Shown here piece by piece: positions 1-13,369 of a stretch of 64,000 nt of DNA (position 1 is the first letter of the stretch; each line of letters opens with the position of its first letter). The stretch comes from Heptranchias perlo (taxonomy: Eukaryota): contig NC_090350.1 in assembly GCF_035084215.1 (NCBI RefSeq), forward strand, positions 27,342,001 through 27,406,000, read 5' to 3'. Below the pieces are notes generated by a model. It made no database searches, had not been told where the DNA came from, and saw only the letters and a list, made by a program, of their open reading frames with translations. The translations under genes were made by a program, and so were the position numbers.

Positions 1-1688
1 GGGACCAAAAAGGAGATCTACGCATGGAGGGCATGGCTGAGGTACTGAATGAGTACTTTGCATCTGTCTTTACCAAAAAAGATGCTGCCAAAGTCAAAGT
101 AAAAGGAGGCAGTTGAGATACTGGATGGGCTAAAAATTGATAAAGAGGAGGTTCTAGAAAGGCTGGCTGTACTTAGAGTAGATAAATCACCAGGTCCAGA
201 TGGGATGCATCCTAGGTTGCTGAGGGAAATAAGGGTGGAAATTGCAGAGGTACTGACCATAATCGTCCAATCATCCTTAGATATGGGGGTGATGCTAGAG
301 GACTGGAGAACTGCAAATGTTACACCCTTGTTCAAAAAAGGGTGTAAGGATAAACCCAGCAACTATAGGCCAGTCAATTTAACCTCAGTGGTGGAGAAGC
401 TTTTAGAAATAATCCGGGACAAAACTAACAGTCACTTGGACAAGTGTGGATTAATGAAGGAAAGCCAGCACAGTTTATTAAAGGCAAATCACATTTAACT
501 AACCTGATTGAGTTTTTTGATGAGATAACAGAGAGTTGATGAGGGCAATGCGGTGTATATAGACTTCCAAAAGGCGTTTGATAATGTGCCACATAATAGT
601 CTTGTCAGCAAAGTTGAAGCCCATGGAATAAAAGGAGAAGTGGCGGCATGGATACGAAATTGGTAAGTGACAGGAAACCAACAGTAGTGGTGAATAGTTG
701 TTTATCGGACTGGAGGAAGGTGTTCCCAAGGGTCGGCAGTAGGACCACTGCTTTTCTTGATGTATATTAATGACTTGGATGTACTGGGCACAATTTCAAA
801 ATATGCAGATGACACAAAACTTAGAAGTGTAATGAACAGTGAGGAGGATAGTGATAGACTTCAAGAGGACAAACAGGCTGGTGGAATGGGCAGACACGTG
901 GCAGCTGAAATTTAACGCAGAGAAGTGCGAAGTGATACATTTCGGTGGGAAGAACAAAGAGGCAATATAAACTAAAGGGTACAATTCTAAAAGGGGTGCA
1001 GGAACAGAGAGATCTGGGGGTATATGTACACAAATCGATGAAGGTGGCAGGGTAGGTTGAGAAAGCGGTTTAAAAAAAAGCAAACAGGATCCTCAGCTTT
1101 ATAAATAGAGGCAGAGAGTACAAAAACACTGGTTCGGCCGCAACTGGAGTATTGTGTCCGATTCTGGGCACCACACTTTAGGAAGGATGTGAAGACCTTG
1201 GAAAGGGTGCAGAAAAGATTTACTAGAATGGTTCCAGGGATGAAGGACTTCAGTTATGTGGATAGACTGAAGAAGCTGGGGTTGTTCTCCTTAGAGCAGA
1301 GAAGGTTGAGAGGAGATTTGATAAAGTTGTTCAAAATCACGAGGGGTCTAGACAGAGTAGATAGAGAGAAACCGTTCCCATTGGCGGAAGGGTCGTGAAC
1401 CAGAGGACACAGATTTAGGGTGATTGGCAAAAGGACCAAAAGCGACATGAGGAAAAACTTTTTTACGCAGTGAGTGGTTATGATCTGGAATGCACTGCCT
1501 GAAAGGGTGGTGGAGGCAGATTCAATCGTGGCTTTCAAAAGGGAATTGGATGAGTACTTCAAAGAAAACAATTTGCAGGGCTACGGGGAAAGGGCGGGGG
1601 AGTGGGACTAGCTGGATTGCTATAGCAGCACCAGCGTGGACTCGATGGGCCGAATGGCCACCTTCTGTGGTGTAACCATTCTATGATT
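1..1688 (+). mobile_element. CR1-type LINE, 3' part of ORF2 (reverse transcriptase) and 3' UTR, degenerate
   Basis: Broken ORFs carry CR1 ORF2 motifs ([59 protein letters not shown]) and end in an ATTCTATGAT tail at about 1678-1688. Confidence 0.93.
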
Positions 1689-1829
1689 TGAAAAGATAGT
1701 GCAAAGTATCAGAATCCTTAGCTCTGAAGATTCAAACATATGGAAAACTTCAAAAGAATGAAGATTACATCATCTACACTAAATAACATTTTCTCTACAC
1801 TTGATATCCTCCACATACATGCTATGGTC

Positions 1830-2015
1830 ACCAACCACCACCACAACAGATTAACTGGTCATTTACCCCGCTGCTATTTGTGGGACCGTGAAATGCTAAA
1901 ATTGGCTGCTGCATTTTCCGACGTAACAGTGACCACATTTCAAAATAGTTAATTGGCTCTGAAGTGCTTTGGGACATCCTGAGGATGTGAAAAGTGCTAT
2001 GTAAATGCAAGTTTG
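1830..2015 (+). mobile_element. Deu-domain SINE (SacSINE1/AmnSINE1-like), 3' fragment
   Basis: cagattaactggtc...tttgtggga...aaattggctgctgc...gtgctatgtaaatgcaagt matches the other copies in this window. Confidence 0.75.
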
Positions 2016-2459
2016 ATGCTTCTTTTGGACTAAGAAGGACCTAATGCAGTGGTAACTAGCAGTTGACTTGATGCTTCGCATCGCCAGGATTCTCTCTTGT
2101 AGAATGTTGACCAAACAGGAATCCAGCGCTGTTCCTTCCCCTTTTCTTCATGAAGCAAAGATGAAAATGGTATGATGTTAAGAGGTAGGGTGATCCCAGC
2201 TTCCATACAGCAAATGAAAGGGCCCCATTAAAATAGAACTATTGGTCCTTTAGTTCATTCTTTTCCTATGCATGAGGGTTTGGCCTCTAGGTGAAAACTG
2301 CCCATAATGGCATGTTTGAAATCTAGATCCCTGAATGTGGTGATATCACAGTTCCATGTCTGATCACTCTGTGATATAGCCTGTTGCAGGATTCTGGAGC
2401 AAGGCCATCATGAAAGAATTTAGGGTTGAGATTGTGACCCTCAACAAAAACTTTACCAT

Positions 2460-3002
2460 TATGCTAAGCCTTTATAAAACACTGATTAGGCCCCAGCTGG
2501 ATTTGTGCGGCCAATTCTGGGCACCAATTTTTAGGAAGAATGTCAAGACCTTTGAGAGGGTGCAGAGATTTAATAGAATAGTATCAAAAATGAAAGACTT
2601 CAGTTACTTGGAGAGACTAGGTAATCTGGGGTTGTTCTCCTTAGAGCAAAGAAGGTTAAGGGGAGATTTGATGGTGGTGTTCAAAATCATGAAGCATTTT
2701 GATAGAGGCAGAAGGGTCAGTAACCAGAGGACAAAGATTTAAGGAAATTGGCAAAAGAACCAGAGGCGACATGAGGAGAGAAAAAAATTACATAGCGAGT
2801 TATGATCTGGAATGCACTGCCTGATAAGGGTGGTGGAAGCAGATTCAATAGTAACTTTCAAAAGGGAATTGGATAAATACTTGAAGGGAAAAAATTTACA
2901 GGGCTATGGGGAAAGAGCAGGGGTGTGGGACTAATTGGATAGCTCGTTCAAAGATGGGCCAAATGGCCTCCTTCTGTGCTGCATCATTCTATGATTCTAT
3001 GA
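2460..3002 (+). mobile_element. CR1 LINE 3' fragment
   Basis: LYKTLIRPQL..C.QFWAP and [12 protein letters not shown] motifs; tail attctatgattctatga at about 2986-3002. Confidence 0.9.
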
Positions 3003-3559
3003 ATGCCCCTGATTCAATGGATTGAGAGATAGAAACTAAAATGTTCAGGTTTGGACAATCCAGTTTTTTTTAAAAATAGGGAAAGTAATTCTACACAAGA
3101 GCCCTGCAAATATCTGCAGAAAGAGCATGTTTCAAAGGGCATCAATACTTAAAATAAAAGTGAAACAGAATGACTGGGATTCCATACCCAAATGAAGTAC
3201 CAGAAATTAACTTTCAATAAGATCCAGTTTCTAGTTGAGATTGTTGGTAGTAGATTAATTCTGTAGCTATCAAGACATCTCATTTAAAATCCTTGCCTTT
3301 GCTAATTTTGTTCAAATTGTGAGTACTGATGTGATCGAGGAATCTAGCTTAGAAGAGTTACTGGGCCCAGCAGCATGACGGTCAAAAGCTAACAAATGCG
3401 GCCATTAACCTTGAATGCTTCATTGATATGTTTCAAATATTCTAGATTAATCTCATTCACACAATCATCCTAAATATCTCCCTCCTTTTATGAAAACAGT
3501 GGAATCATTCCCCAGCATGATTCCACTGGAGTCAAAAATACTTCAGCCGAAGAGACGAT

Positions 3560-3865
3560 TCTTTATGCATGAGCCTGGCATGGAGCGCCACCATGCGATT
3601 TCACCACTGGGGCTTCACAGGTGAACCCAATCCTGTCCTTGAATGTCCATATTTCCACACATCCAGTAGAGATAACTGGATAGTGATGAGCAAGAACGTG
3701 GCTGATTTTCCTTTCTCCCTAGTCAAGAGGCACTGTAGTCAATTGTAGTATCCATGTGACTGTCCTGGATGGTATTAGCTAACAAAGCAGGCAAACGGTC
3801 AAACTTGGAACCTTCCTAGTCTACATTTCATTTATGTGCTAAACCAGATAACCATAAATCACTGC
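3560..3865 (-). mobile_element. LF-SINE-like element, degenerate
   Basis: Reverse complement of the copy at 59795-60252 (cctgtcct...ggatagtgatgagcaagaac...ggctgattttcc). Confidence 0.65.
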
Positions 3866-5144
3866 GACCATTCTGATTTTAAATAGTGGGTACTTTGATG
3901 GTGACTTCACCTCTTCATGATGGCAGATGTTAGAACTTCACTTCAGTTCATGGTCCTTTCTAGGAAGGTTCCTCCCAACTAACAGATAGCAAGAGTGAAT
4001 ACATTTAATCAAATTTCTCTGTGATAGGTGCACCCAATGTTGTCCCCAATTTCTAATGGCAGCTCCAGTTATCTTCACTGTAATGGAGTTCCTACATACA
4101 TCCACACAGTTGAATCTGTGCTTACCCACATAAAAAAAAATTACAAGCAATACGCTCATCTCATTCTATGCAACTGACAATGCCAAGAGACAAGCAGATG
4201 ACGGGCAGCTTGTCAAAAAAAGAAATAAGGCAAGTCCCTAACACAAAGCATTTTAAAAATGCAGACATCTCCAATCTTCCAGCAGCACGGCTAGTCTTAC
4301 TTACAGAAAGGGGTATGTTAAATAAGTTGAATGTGATGTAAAAGTAAACAGTATTTCAATTAGCATTGAAAAAAAAATGGGCTATGATTCGCTAAAGTCT
4401 TTCAAGGCTTATATTTTGAAAAATAAACGACGATCTTGAGCCAGGTACAAAAATGGGTAACTGTGGAGGGAAGGAGCAGGAGGAAAAGGTTAAAAAAAAA
4501 TTTGACATTAGTCAGCTACAATTACAACCCTGAAGATCAGTGCACCAAAAGTATACTGCGTTAAGCTTGCCTCTTCTCCCCAACTGCAATCAAGCAGATC
4601 AGTTAAATCAATACTGCAGTAATTTTTACTGCTCAATGATACTGCAATATCACCCATCAATCCCAACCCTGCTGCAGCACCCAGAGCTTAAAGCTAGAGA
4701 AGGTCCAGTCTTCATTCTTTTTCAGTACTAAGAGAGCCTGGCGCCTCTTAAAAGATAACATTTTGTCCCGAATACTTCTCTGCACTGCTCCACAATTAAA
4801 TCATTCAGGATAGTCATTAAATAATTATGAAAGTGATTGAAAGTGCTGGGCAATTTTTTAAAAATCTGTTTTTAGATCAATCAAATTTAGCATTTCAGAG
4901 TCTATATCCTATTTGTGAATTCTCAGAGCAAAACTTCAAATTGCATTCCCTCTTCTTCCCCCAACCCCATAACTAAGAAACTAATTTCAAAGAGCCTTGG
5001 ATTGTGGGGAAAAATAAATGAACCACTTCAGGTTACACTCACATGCTGTCTAATCCTAGCAGTTGACTCAACTGCATCAGCAGATGCCAAGGAGTCCTCT
5101 TAGATAGGGAAATTTACACTGCCTAAATCAGGTATAAGAATTAA

Positions 5145-5228
5145 CAAAAACAAATATGCTGGAAACACAGCAGGTCATTCAGAGATCAGGTAAGTTATTG
5201 GTTCAGGTGTGGACCCTTCTTCAGAACT
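5145..5228 (-). mobile_element. Penelope-like short terminal-repeat fragment
   Basis: atgctggaaacacagcaggtca...gacccttcttcagaac; related copies at 9800-9995, 16215-16318 and 52775-52910. The family assignment is from recall. Confidence 0.45.
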
Positions 5229-8200
5229 AAGAAATTGTGTGTGTTTTTACACCAAAACCAGTAAATGACAATGCCGGTGGTCCACAACAAAAAAGACGAT
5301 TTTAAAAGACATTTGTTGTGCTGAAAGCTGGAAGCACTAGCAAGGTTTGTAACAACATTGCACCACAGCTACTAGTCCAATAAACAGTTAGGGATTATGA
5401 TTGAGATAGAAACGATCGATAGAGTGTGTGCTCTCTGTTACCACCTGCTCAAGCATTTTCCTTTAAGTGAAATTTCTTCAGAAATGCAAGCAGCTCCATA
5501 AAACCTTTACTGCACAGGACACATTAAATATTGTTTTTTTTAAATCCTGGTTATTGCTTAGAAGTGTGGCTACAGTAAAAAGAGGAAGTAGACGGGAATT
5601 TATGGTGAGATGTTGCGAGAGATAAGCAAATCCAAGTGCTAGTTTTACCAGAGGAGTGAAATGAGATTTTAAAATTCAAACAATTCTGTAAAAGTGATAT
5701 TGCTGGTATTAAAATGAAGGTATCAAAGAGGAACTTAGAACAATATTAAAAAAAAGTCAGAAAATAAAACTGCTAATAATCCTAACATATTTGCAGCTCA
5801 ATGAGACAATTAAGTATTGCCAACATGGGAGATGAAAAAGTGCACATGACACAGTAGGAGATTCTCAAACTGGAACGAAGGTAAAGTGTTAGGACATTGT
5901 ATATGAAACTTTGCATATGCCCTACCCAGACTGCCCAGGGTGTACTGAAAGCTGACAATGGCCATCAAAAATGAAAAGGTATTCCATTCTCATTCCCCCT
6001 TTAGATTAAGCTGAAAGAGAACAGGTTTAGACTAAGCTGTAATGCCTTCCATGGTAAAATCGCAAGTCACCTCCTATAATCTAGGTTCACATATGATAAA
6101 ATGACCAGCTGGGCAAAGTACCATGGAACTGTACCCCTGCATAAGACAGTATCTTCAAGAGAAAACGATAATGGGGGATGGTGAGGAGAGGGGAATCACT
6201 TTGTATCAGAATTCTTAGAACTTATCACATTATCATCAATCTTTTGCCCCCATAACATCCAAGAGCAGACCAAAGATGTACCTCAATTTTCACCCTTCTT
6301 TATTCTTCCCCCTTTCCCATAGGATTATCCAACACATTCCATGGAATGATTTCCATTTACTAAACAGGTAATGTTTGCACTTTATTCAATCTTGAAGATT
6401 TTGCTGCTTAATAGTGCATGCCCCTTATTCACTACTAGCTTGGTGTGCAATGCTGTATAGATATGTGGGGTGCTCCACTCATGTTAACCACAATGTGGGT
6501 GCACATTTGTTACTGATTTCATACATTATACAGTTTGCTATTTATTGAATACATCTTGGTTGTAATATACTGGTATTTGACATTATAATTCATGGTTACA
6601 AACTCCACCTTTGTGCATTCACAATACCTTTATTTAAGAATGATAGTCAACTTATATTTTACTATATTTTCCAGTTAGTATTATATTTGGGTGGTCACAA
6701 TTAGCTGGCAAAACTCAAGTGTAATCTGAATTCTCTTGCCAATATAAGTACCTCTGCATCAGATTCTGGCTTCAGTCTGCCACCAATATTGTTCACTTAT
6801 GCTTAGAATAAAATCACTTCTACCACTTTGCATGTGTCTCTGCAATTACAATTTACTCGTTTTAATAATTCAACACTTCATTCTGGAGGTATATGCAATT
6901 GCCTCAGTTTCTGAAGCTTTTCAGTTGATCAACAACTCCATTATTATTGCATTATGTAACAACCAGGATGGTAAGAGGCAAACAAGATGGACCTTGGTCT
7001 TTTCTCATCTAGCAATTCCTATGTCAAGCTGTAGCCTGTGAACAAAAGCTCTGATGTGTGCTATTACTTACTACAGTTATATTGCCCAATCTCTATTAAC
7101 TGGACCAATATTCCAATGGTCTGTTTGAAATATTACTCGCTCTAAATGACTCCATATGAACTTAAGCCTCGCTAAAAGTAGAGAAAAATATAGGGCAAAC
7201 ATTTTTCAAAAAACACAATTTAGATAGGAGGGGGAGAACTCAGGGTATGTATCACAAGTGTTGAACATCATTCATTAAGTGCTGCTAATAGTTTTGATCA
7301 GGGTTCAATTTTAGATTTGAATTCTTAGCATCAAATGAAGATTTCTAACAAGAAGTTATAAAAGAGGATTTACTGCACACGAGAGCACTATTTGTGCATT
7401 GTTTAAATTAGGACTTATACAGTAGATATAGCAAAAATACAGAACCTACATAATACAAGAAAGCAGGTGACCATGCTTTATATATACAGAATGGTCTTTG
7501 TGTAGAATTAGAATGAGATGATACTTATTTGGGAGACAGAAGACACAGATATAATTGTCAATACCTTTTAAATTAAACCTGAACAATTAAATCTTACTGA
7601 AATAATCAATAGGATCATTGGCATCCAGATAACATGAGGCATAATTGTTTTTGCTGGTGCCAATATTTTAAAACAGATAAGACCCAAGAGAGCTAAAAGG
7701 CAGGTGATCTGCTTACTTTGCTTGTTATAAACATTACAAAGAATTTTACATGTAGGAGTAGTATTTCTGCAGAGATATAGAATGTAGGATAACATTGGAA
7801 ATGAATTTCTCAAAGGATTTGGCTAATGCAGAATATCCCGACATTAGCAGAAAATACTTCCTATATACTTCTGTTACTGCAACTAATGAAGAAAGCATTC
7901 TAACACTGTAGGCATGATGTAAGTACATGCTTGTAGCAAAAACACTGGAAAAAAAATATCAAACAATCTTTAAAATGTTTAACTTGTGTGAAATATAAAC
8001 AAGCTACAGATCACTTAAGAAAAAAATTCTATCCAGCTCTCAGCCAAACATAATTTGTTTTAAAATGTTTCTGTTCATAATACAAATAGCTCATCAATTA
8101 AAAACTATAGGGATTTTTAGTAACAGGAAATGCCCATTAGGCCCATCAAGCCTGCCCCTGGTTACTGACTTCGCTTGTCCTTAAAATTGTCAGAACCTCC

Positions 8201-8279
8201 ATTTTGGAAACCAGGCCAAGCTGCTAGACAATCACGATATACAGTCGATGTAGTAATGATTATCTACATTTATTTGGTT

Positions 8280-8301
8280 GGGGGGGGGGGGGGGGGGGGG
8301 G
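8280..8301 (+). repeat. poly-G tract (22 nt)
   Basis: Counted directly in the sequence. Confidence 0.95.
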
Positions 8302-8569
8302 ACCCTTGAAATTACGATTTTTTAAAAAGTGTTGCAGGTAAGGACTCCAACCATTTCTTCAGTTAAAATTGTCTTGGGCTGCACTCATGGAACACGTCAC
8401 CCTTACTGCAATTGCAAACTGCTGTTTAAGAATGCTGATTAATAAGCTAAGAAATGTTAAACTATGATCAAGTATATTAATACGGATAGAGTGTTGACTG
8501 AATCAGCATAAAGAGTGGATTATCTATCATTTGTTCTAATTTTGAAATACCATCTGCTTTTATTTCCCA

Positions 8570-8955
8570 CAATTTTTCTCCCTTCCTCTATTGAAGCTAC
8601 ATCTTTGTGGAGAAATGGTTCCACAGATGCCAGATGGCCTCTAATACTTCAGCCAAGTAACCATTTTTCATGTGAATCCTGACAGTCAGTGTTGGCAGCC
8701 TATTCAATCACATGGGGCAAAACTAACCCTGTCCTCACCTGACATCCATGTAGTTACACTTCCAGCAAGGGTTATTAGGTCGGAATCAGGAATCCTGGTC
8801 TATCTTCTGCTCGCTAACCCAGTGCACAGAGGCCAGTTCTAGTAACCCTACTGCAATTCCAGCTATAACCAGCTAGTTCAGCACTGTCCCAAGATCAAAC
8901 CTGAGTCCGTACGGCTCAGCTACTGACTGTCTTAATTAGCTGTGTCATCACAGGA
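8570..8955 (-). mobile_element. LF-SINE-like element
   Basis: aattttctccct...cctgtcctcacctgacatcc...cacttccagca...gctcagctactg is the reverse complement of the element at 59795-60252. Confidence 0.75.
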
Positions 8956-9224
8956 TCCCTCTGTCTGTGCTTTTGTTCCGTCTTCACTCTCTGCTGCGCT
9001 GCCAAGTGAAACATCTCATCTTGGCAAGGGAATGAGGAAAAAAAACAGAAGTAACTGATCAGCCTCTGAGTAATACTGGCACTGATGGAGGGTATCTAGA
9101 GGTATGCGAATGGTAATCAGCAATTTTCTTTTTCAAATCTGCAGTAATGTCAATGAATCCTGCAAAATAAATAGTGAAACTGATGGACATAAAGATTCTA
9201 CAGTACTAGAGGAGTAGTGCCCTT

Positions 9225-9590
9225 AGGTATCGAAGTCAACATTTATCCCTCAATCAACACCACCAAAACAGATTAACTGATTGATGGATATTTGGACACT
9301 AAGGGAATGAAGGAATGTGGGGGAAAAGGTAGGAAAGTGGAGTTGAGGTGGAAGATCAGCCATGATCTTATTGAATGGCAGAGCAGGCTCGAGGGGCCCA
9401 ATGGCCTACTCCTATTTCTTATGTTCTTATCTCATTGCTGTTTGTGGAACCTGTGTCTGCAAATTGGCTGCTGCATTTGCCAACATAATACACAAGTGAT
9501 TACACTTCAAAAGCAATGAATTGGCTGTGAAGCACATTGGGATATCCTGAGGATGTGCAAGGTATTATATAAACGCATGTTCTTTTTTCA
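9225..9590 (+). mobile_element. Deu-domain SINE interrupted by a CR1 3' tail (about 9285-9430)
   Basis: SINE sequence atttatccctcaatcaac...cagatt resumes at ctcattgctgtttgtgg after a CR1-type 3' UTR ending tcttatgttcttat. Confidence 0.75.
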
Positions 9591-9619
9591 TTTCTTTGTT
9601 GATGGCTCATTAGATGAAT

Positions 9620-10165
9620 GCATCATCCAGTGGGGTAACAAGCTATATGGACCAGGAAGGTCACAGGTTCGATTCTTGGCCTCTGCAGAGTTACAAGTGG
9701 CATCGGCATCCCAGATTTTTTTGGGGGGGCTGGGGCATGGAGAAAAGGAAAAAAAAATCAACCAGGGTTCCCACTCCCAATCAAATATCTCCTGCTGGAA
9801 ACAAAAAGCAAAATACTGCAGATGCTGAAATTCTGAAATAAAAAATAACTAGACAGTTGGAAACTAGTTCAGTTAGTTTAACGTTTCAGGTCTATGATCC
9901 TTCCTCACTTCATAGACCTTAACTGAACCTTTTACCATAGATGCTGCCTGGCCTACTGAGTGTTCCCAGCATTTTCTGTTTTTATTTCAGATTCCTGCAG
10001 CAAATTGGGCATGAGTGATCACTGCAATGGCCCCAGTGGTCAAACAGCTTGCTATTCATTTATTATCTATGTTCATACACCTGAGTGAGGTACCAGAGGG
10101 TTGCATATACCTATGAAACTGTATCCCAGCAGGGGTAACTGCCTCTAGGAGAAGAGAAAAGGATC
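9620..10165 (+). mobile_element. LF-SINE-like element split by a palindromic Penelope-like insert (about 9800-9995)
   Basis: The 5' half (gaccaggaaggtcacaggttcgattc...cagggttcccactcc) and the 3' half (gaggtaccagaggg...ccccagca...aggagaagag) flank a self-complementary insert. Confidence 0.65.
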
Positions 10166-11332
10166 AGAAATAATCTAACATCTTTTGTAATGGGCCTCCC
10201 TTTCCTTTCTAGAGTGACAGAGATGGTTTCTCCCCCTGCCCCCATTAAAATTAACAGCAATTCCAACACCTTTAACAATCTTGGAATTACAAGCATCTTG
10301 AACCATGTCTTCATGCACTTATGATTAGCTGATAATGATCATTTGAACAGACAAGCAATTAGGCGTAGAAAATAGAACGTATAGGTTCAAAGGGTAAATG
10401 TGAATGTTATGTAGTTGATTGGTATCATCTACTTTATCTGGGAGTGGCAAGCAGCTGAGAAGTACTAGCATACTTTTGTTGGGTTGATGCTGATTTTTTT
10501 TTTGTTTGGGCATGGGAAAGCAAAGCTTGTACGTGATCATTTTATAAACAGATCTCAGGTGAGCAATATTTTTCCAAAATTACAGATTTAAGAATCAGCC
10601 AGGTGTTATCTTTATGTCGGAAGTGTAAAACAGAGTCCGAGATTCAGTTTTCCTTGTCTGCATTCAGCTGGTTTTAAATTATAGTTTTCTATATCTTTGG
10701 TGCCAAAACTAGAAAAGGGAGTACAACAGCTCTGATCTGCCAACCAATCCAGTTACCTTTGCAGCATGTTGCACATTGGATCGTGAACATACAGGAAATG
10801 GCCAGGCTTGAAATAGGACTCCTCTACATGACAGCAGCTCTCTTCACCTCCAGGTTCTGGCATACTACATTGTTAAAATATTTTATATGCAGGGAGAAAA
10901 CCCACCACTGAGTAAAACTCTTTTCTCTATTAAACATAACTATTAACATATCAATATACATTTTGAGTACTGCATTTCTTTGAAAGTTTTTTTTCCTCTT
11001 TTATTTGTATCAAATTGAATGGTTTAAAATATTGATCTGTAAATTGTAACTAAATATTCAGTAAATGGTAAAGGTAAAACAAAGTCTTTATTAGAGATTA
11101 TTCACTTTGGGCAAAGATATGACAGTCGTAGAAGGGTTAAAATATAATTTTCTCACTTCTTCTCTGTCTTATTACAAGATCAGCTCAAAGCTGCCCCTAC
11201 AAGCAGCAGAAAAAGCTAAAAATTGTATACATTTGGTAACTGATGGATGAAATAAACAATTGTCTTTAGGAGTACTGTCTTGATGCTGAAGCAGCAGTTT
11301 TAAAATTATATCTCACAGTGTTAAAGGAAAAG

Positions 11333-11753
11333 TGTCAGCCTTGGCTCAGTGGTAGTACTCTCACCCCAGAGTCAGAAGGTTGTGGGTTCAAATCCCCTCT
11401 CCAGGACTTGAGCACATAATCCAGTCTGACACTTCAGTGCAGTACTGACAGAGTGCTGCACTGTCCAAGATGCCATCTTTTAGATGAGACATTAAAGCAA
11501 GGCCCATCTGCCCTCTTAGGTGGGAATAAAATATCTCATGATACTATTCGAAGAGGCCCTGCCTTGCATTTACTCCTCAATCAACAAAAAATTAAAAGGT
11601 TATTTATCGCATTGCTGTTTGTGGGATCTTGCTGTGCACAAATTGGCTGTCACATTTACCTACACACATGACTATCCTTCAAAAAACAATTAGTTGGCTC
11701 GGAAGGGACGTCCTCAGGATGTGAAAGGCACTATATAAATGCAAGTTCTTTCT
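11333..11753 (+). mobile_element. Near full-length tRNA-derived Deu-domain SINE (SacSINE1-like)
   Basis: A box tggctcagtgg and B box ggttcaaatccc; core gtgctgcactgtc...gatgagacattaaa; 3' ctatataaatgcaagttctttct. Confidence 0.85.
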
Positions 11754-12629
11754 TAGTAAAAAAATTGATTTCAGATAAACATACTGCAGGAGGAAAGTTC
11801 AGTGTTTTGGTAACAACTGGTCCAGAGCTGACATTGAATATTTAAGACATTTGACAAGGATATTTGGCATTGTAATGCCATCATTCTGAATTTCAGCAAC
11901 TAAGTACACAGTCAGCCATATATAGCAACACAGCACTTATTTGCATGTACATACACTATAATGCAGTGCTACTGGGGGTTACTTGCAGACCACATTCCCC
12001 TCACTTGTGGCCCCCAACAGACACATTGTTCCATAGCCTGCCAGCTCATAAGCCAGTAAAAATGCATCTGCGTGCATGTTTTAACAAAGAGCAAAATAAA
12101 CAGATATTGGAATTGTGGCCTACTACATATTCTTAAATGTTCAAAACTGGCACCTGGAGTACCAGCTCAAACAAGACCCTAGTACAGGTTTTATGTTAAT
12201 TATTCAATGTGGTATACTGATCTATCACTTCTGAGAGCCAGAAAGATTCCAAAGTTTTAAGCTCTGGAGTCTGATATCATGGTAGGGACAAAGAAGATAT
12301 TAGTTACTTCCAATTAAATAATTTTTTAAATAAAAAATACTTGAGTCATCCTAGGCCTCTTGTGCAGACTACTGGTGAATTACACAGAAGCACTGAAGAA
12401 GCCCAAGAGTGGGTTGTCCGCCCACCTCCCGGCCAAGAATACAGCTCAAGAAGACAAAGCAGAAAAAAACTTCAAAATGGGGACAAAACAATGTTTCAGG
12501 AGTCTACATTATTTGCAGACACCATACATCCCAAATTCATCCCTCAGAGAGTGCAAGTTACACCCTATTTCATTTAAGTATTAAATCTACACTTGAAATC
12601 AACATCCAGATAAAGATATAATCTGATGG

Positions 12630-12955
12630 AGAATTGACCAGAAAAGTGCCATGTTTAATCCCCAGTTTATGCAGAGCTAACTAATCACAGGACAGCAGCA
12701 GGGGTGTTACATTTGGCTCCAATGCCTTAGGCTGGGGAAGGTGTGTCAGCCAAAGTGCTCACTTCTTATCACTATCCAGTATCCCTTACCAGAAAGTCTG
12801 TGAGTGTGTGTGTTGAGTGAGGACAGAATCTGGCATGGCTGTAATGCCCCTTCAGTTGTACAACTTGTCAGCACACATGGTCTAGGCTCACAGGTAAACA
12901 AGGGGCACTTGAGTGAAATACTAGTCATTTGTGAAATTGCAGCCCAACACTAATA
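12630..12955 (+). mobile_element. LF-SINE-like element
   Basis: gagctaactaatc...ctatccagt...gagtgaggacagaatc...tctaggctcaca. Confidence 0.7.
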
Positions 12956-13369
12956 AAAGATGGGGGAAAAGATTCAAATCCAAGAACCTTCAGCCCAGAT
13001 TAACAAAATATTCAGACCTACTAAGTCTCCAAAAGTACAGAGCGTTTGGGCAGAATTCCAGGTGAAGGATTTTCAGCTTGGATAACCATATTCACTATTT
13101 TAAAGCTAGTTTTCTAAAATGATAAAATACTGTATTGATTTTTAAAAACTTTAGGTAAGCAGTAACTGTACAATAGAAGTGTTGAACTGGTTCTAAATTA
13201 AAGTACGATCAATAAGTTGACACACAGCTATATAGAGGAGTTACCAATTATCTGATGTCCAGAGTCACTCATTCCCCACCTTAAAATCACAGGGGAAACG
13301 ATTTCAGCAGAATATATTTTAGTCTATATAGTAACACGAAGGACATTCATCTCATTAACACTGCATTTC

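Noticed and set aside
5043-5122. Possible cryptic minus-strand exon (tttag| ... |gtgagt) in the 14-3-3 intron
   Set aside because: Weak pyrimidine tract, no 14-3-3 similarity and no other support.
11340-11400. tRNA-like sequence with A and B boxes
   Set aside because: It is the head of a SINE and continues into the SINE body; not a tRNA gene.
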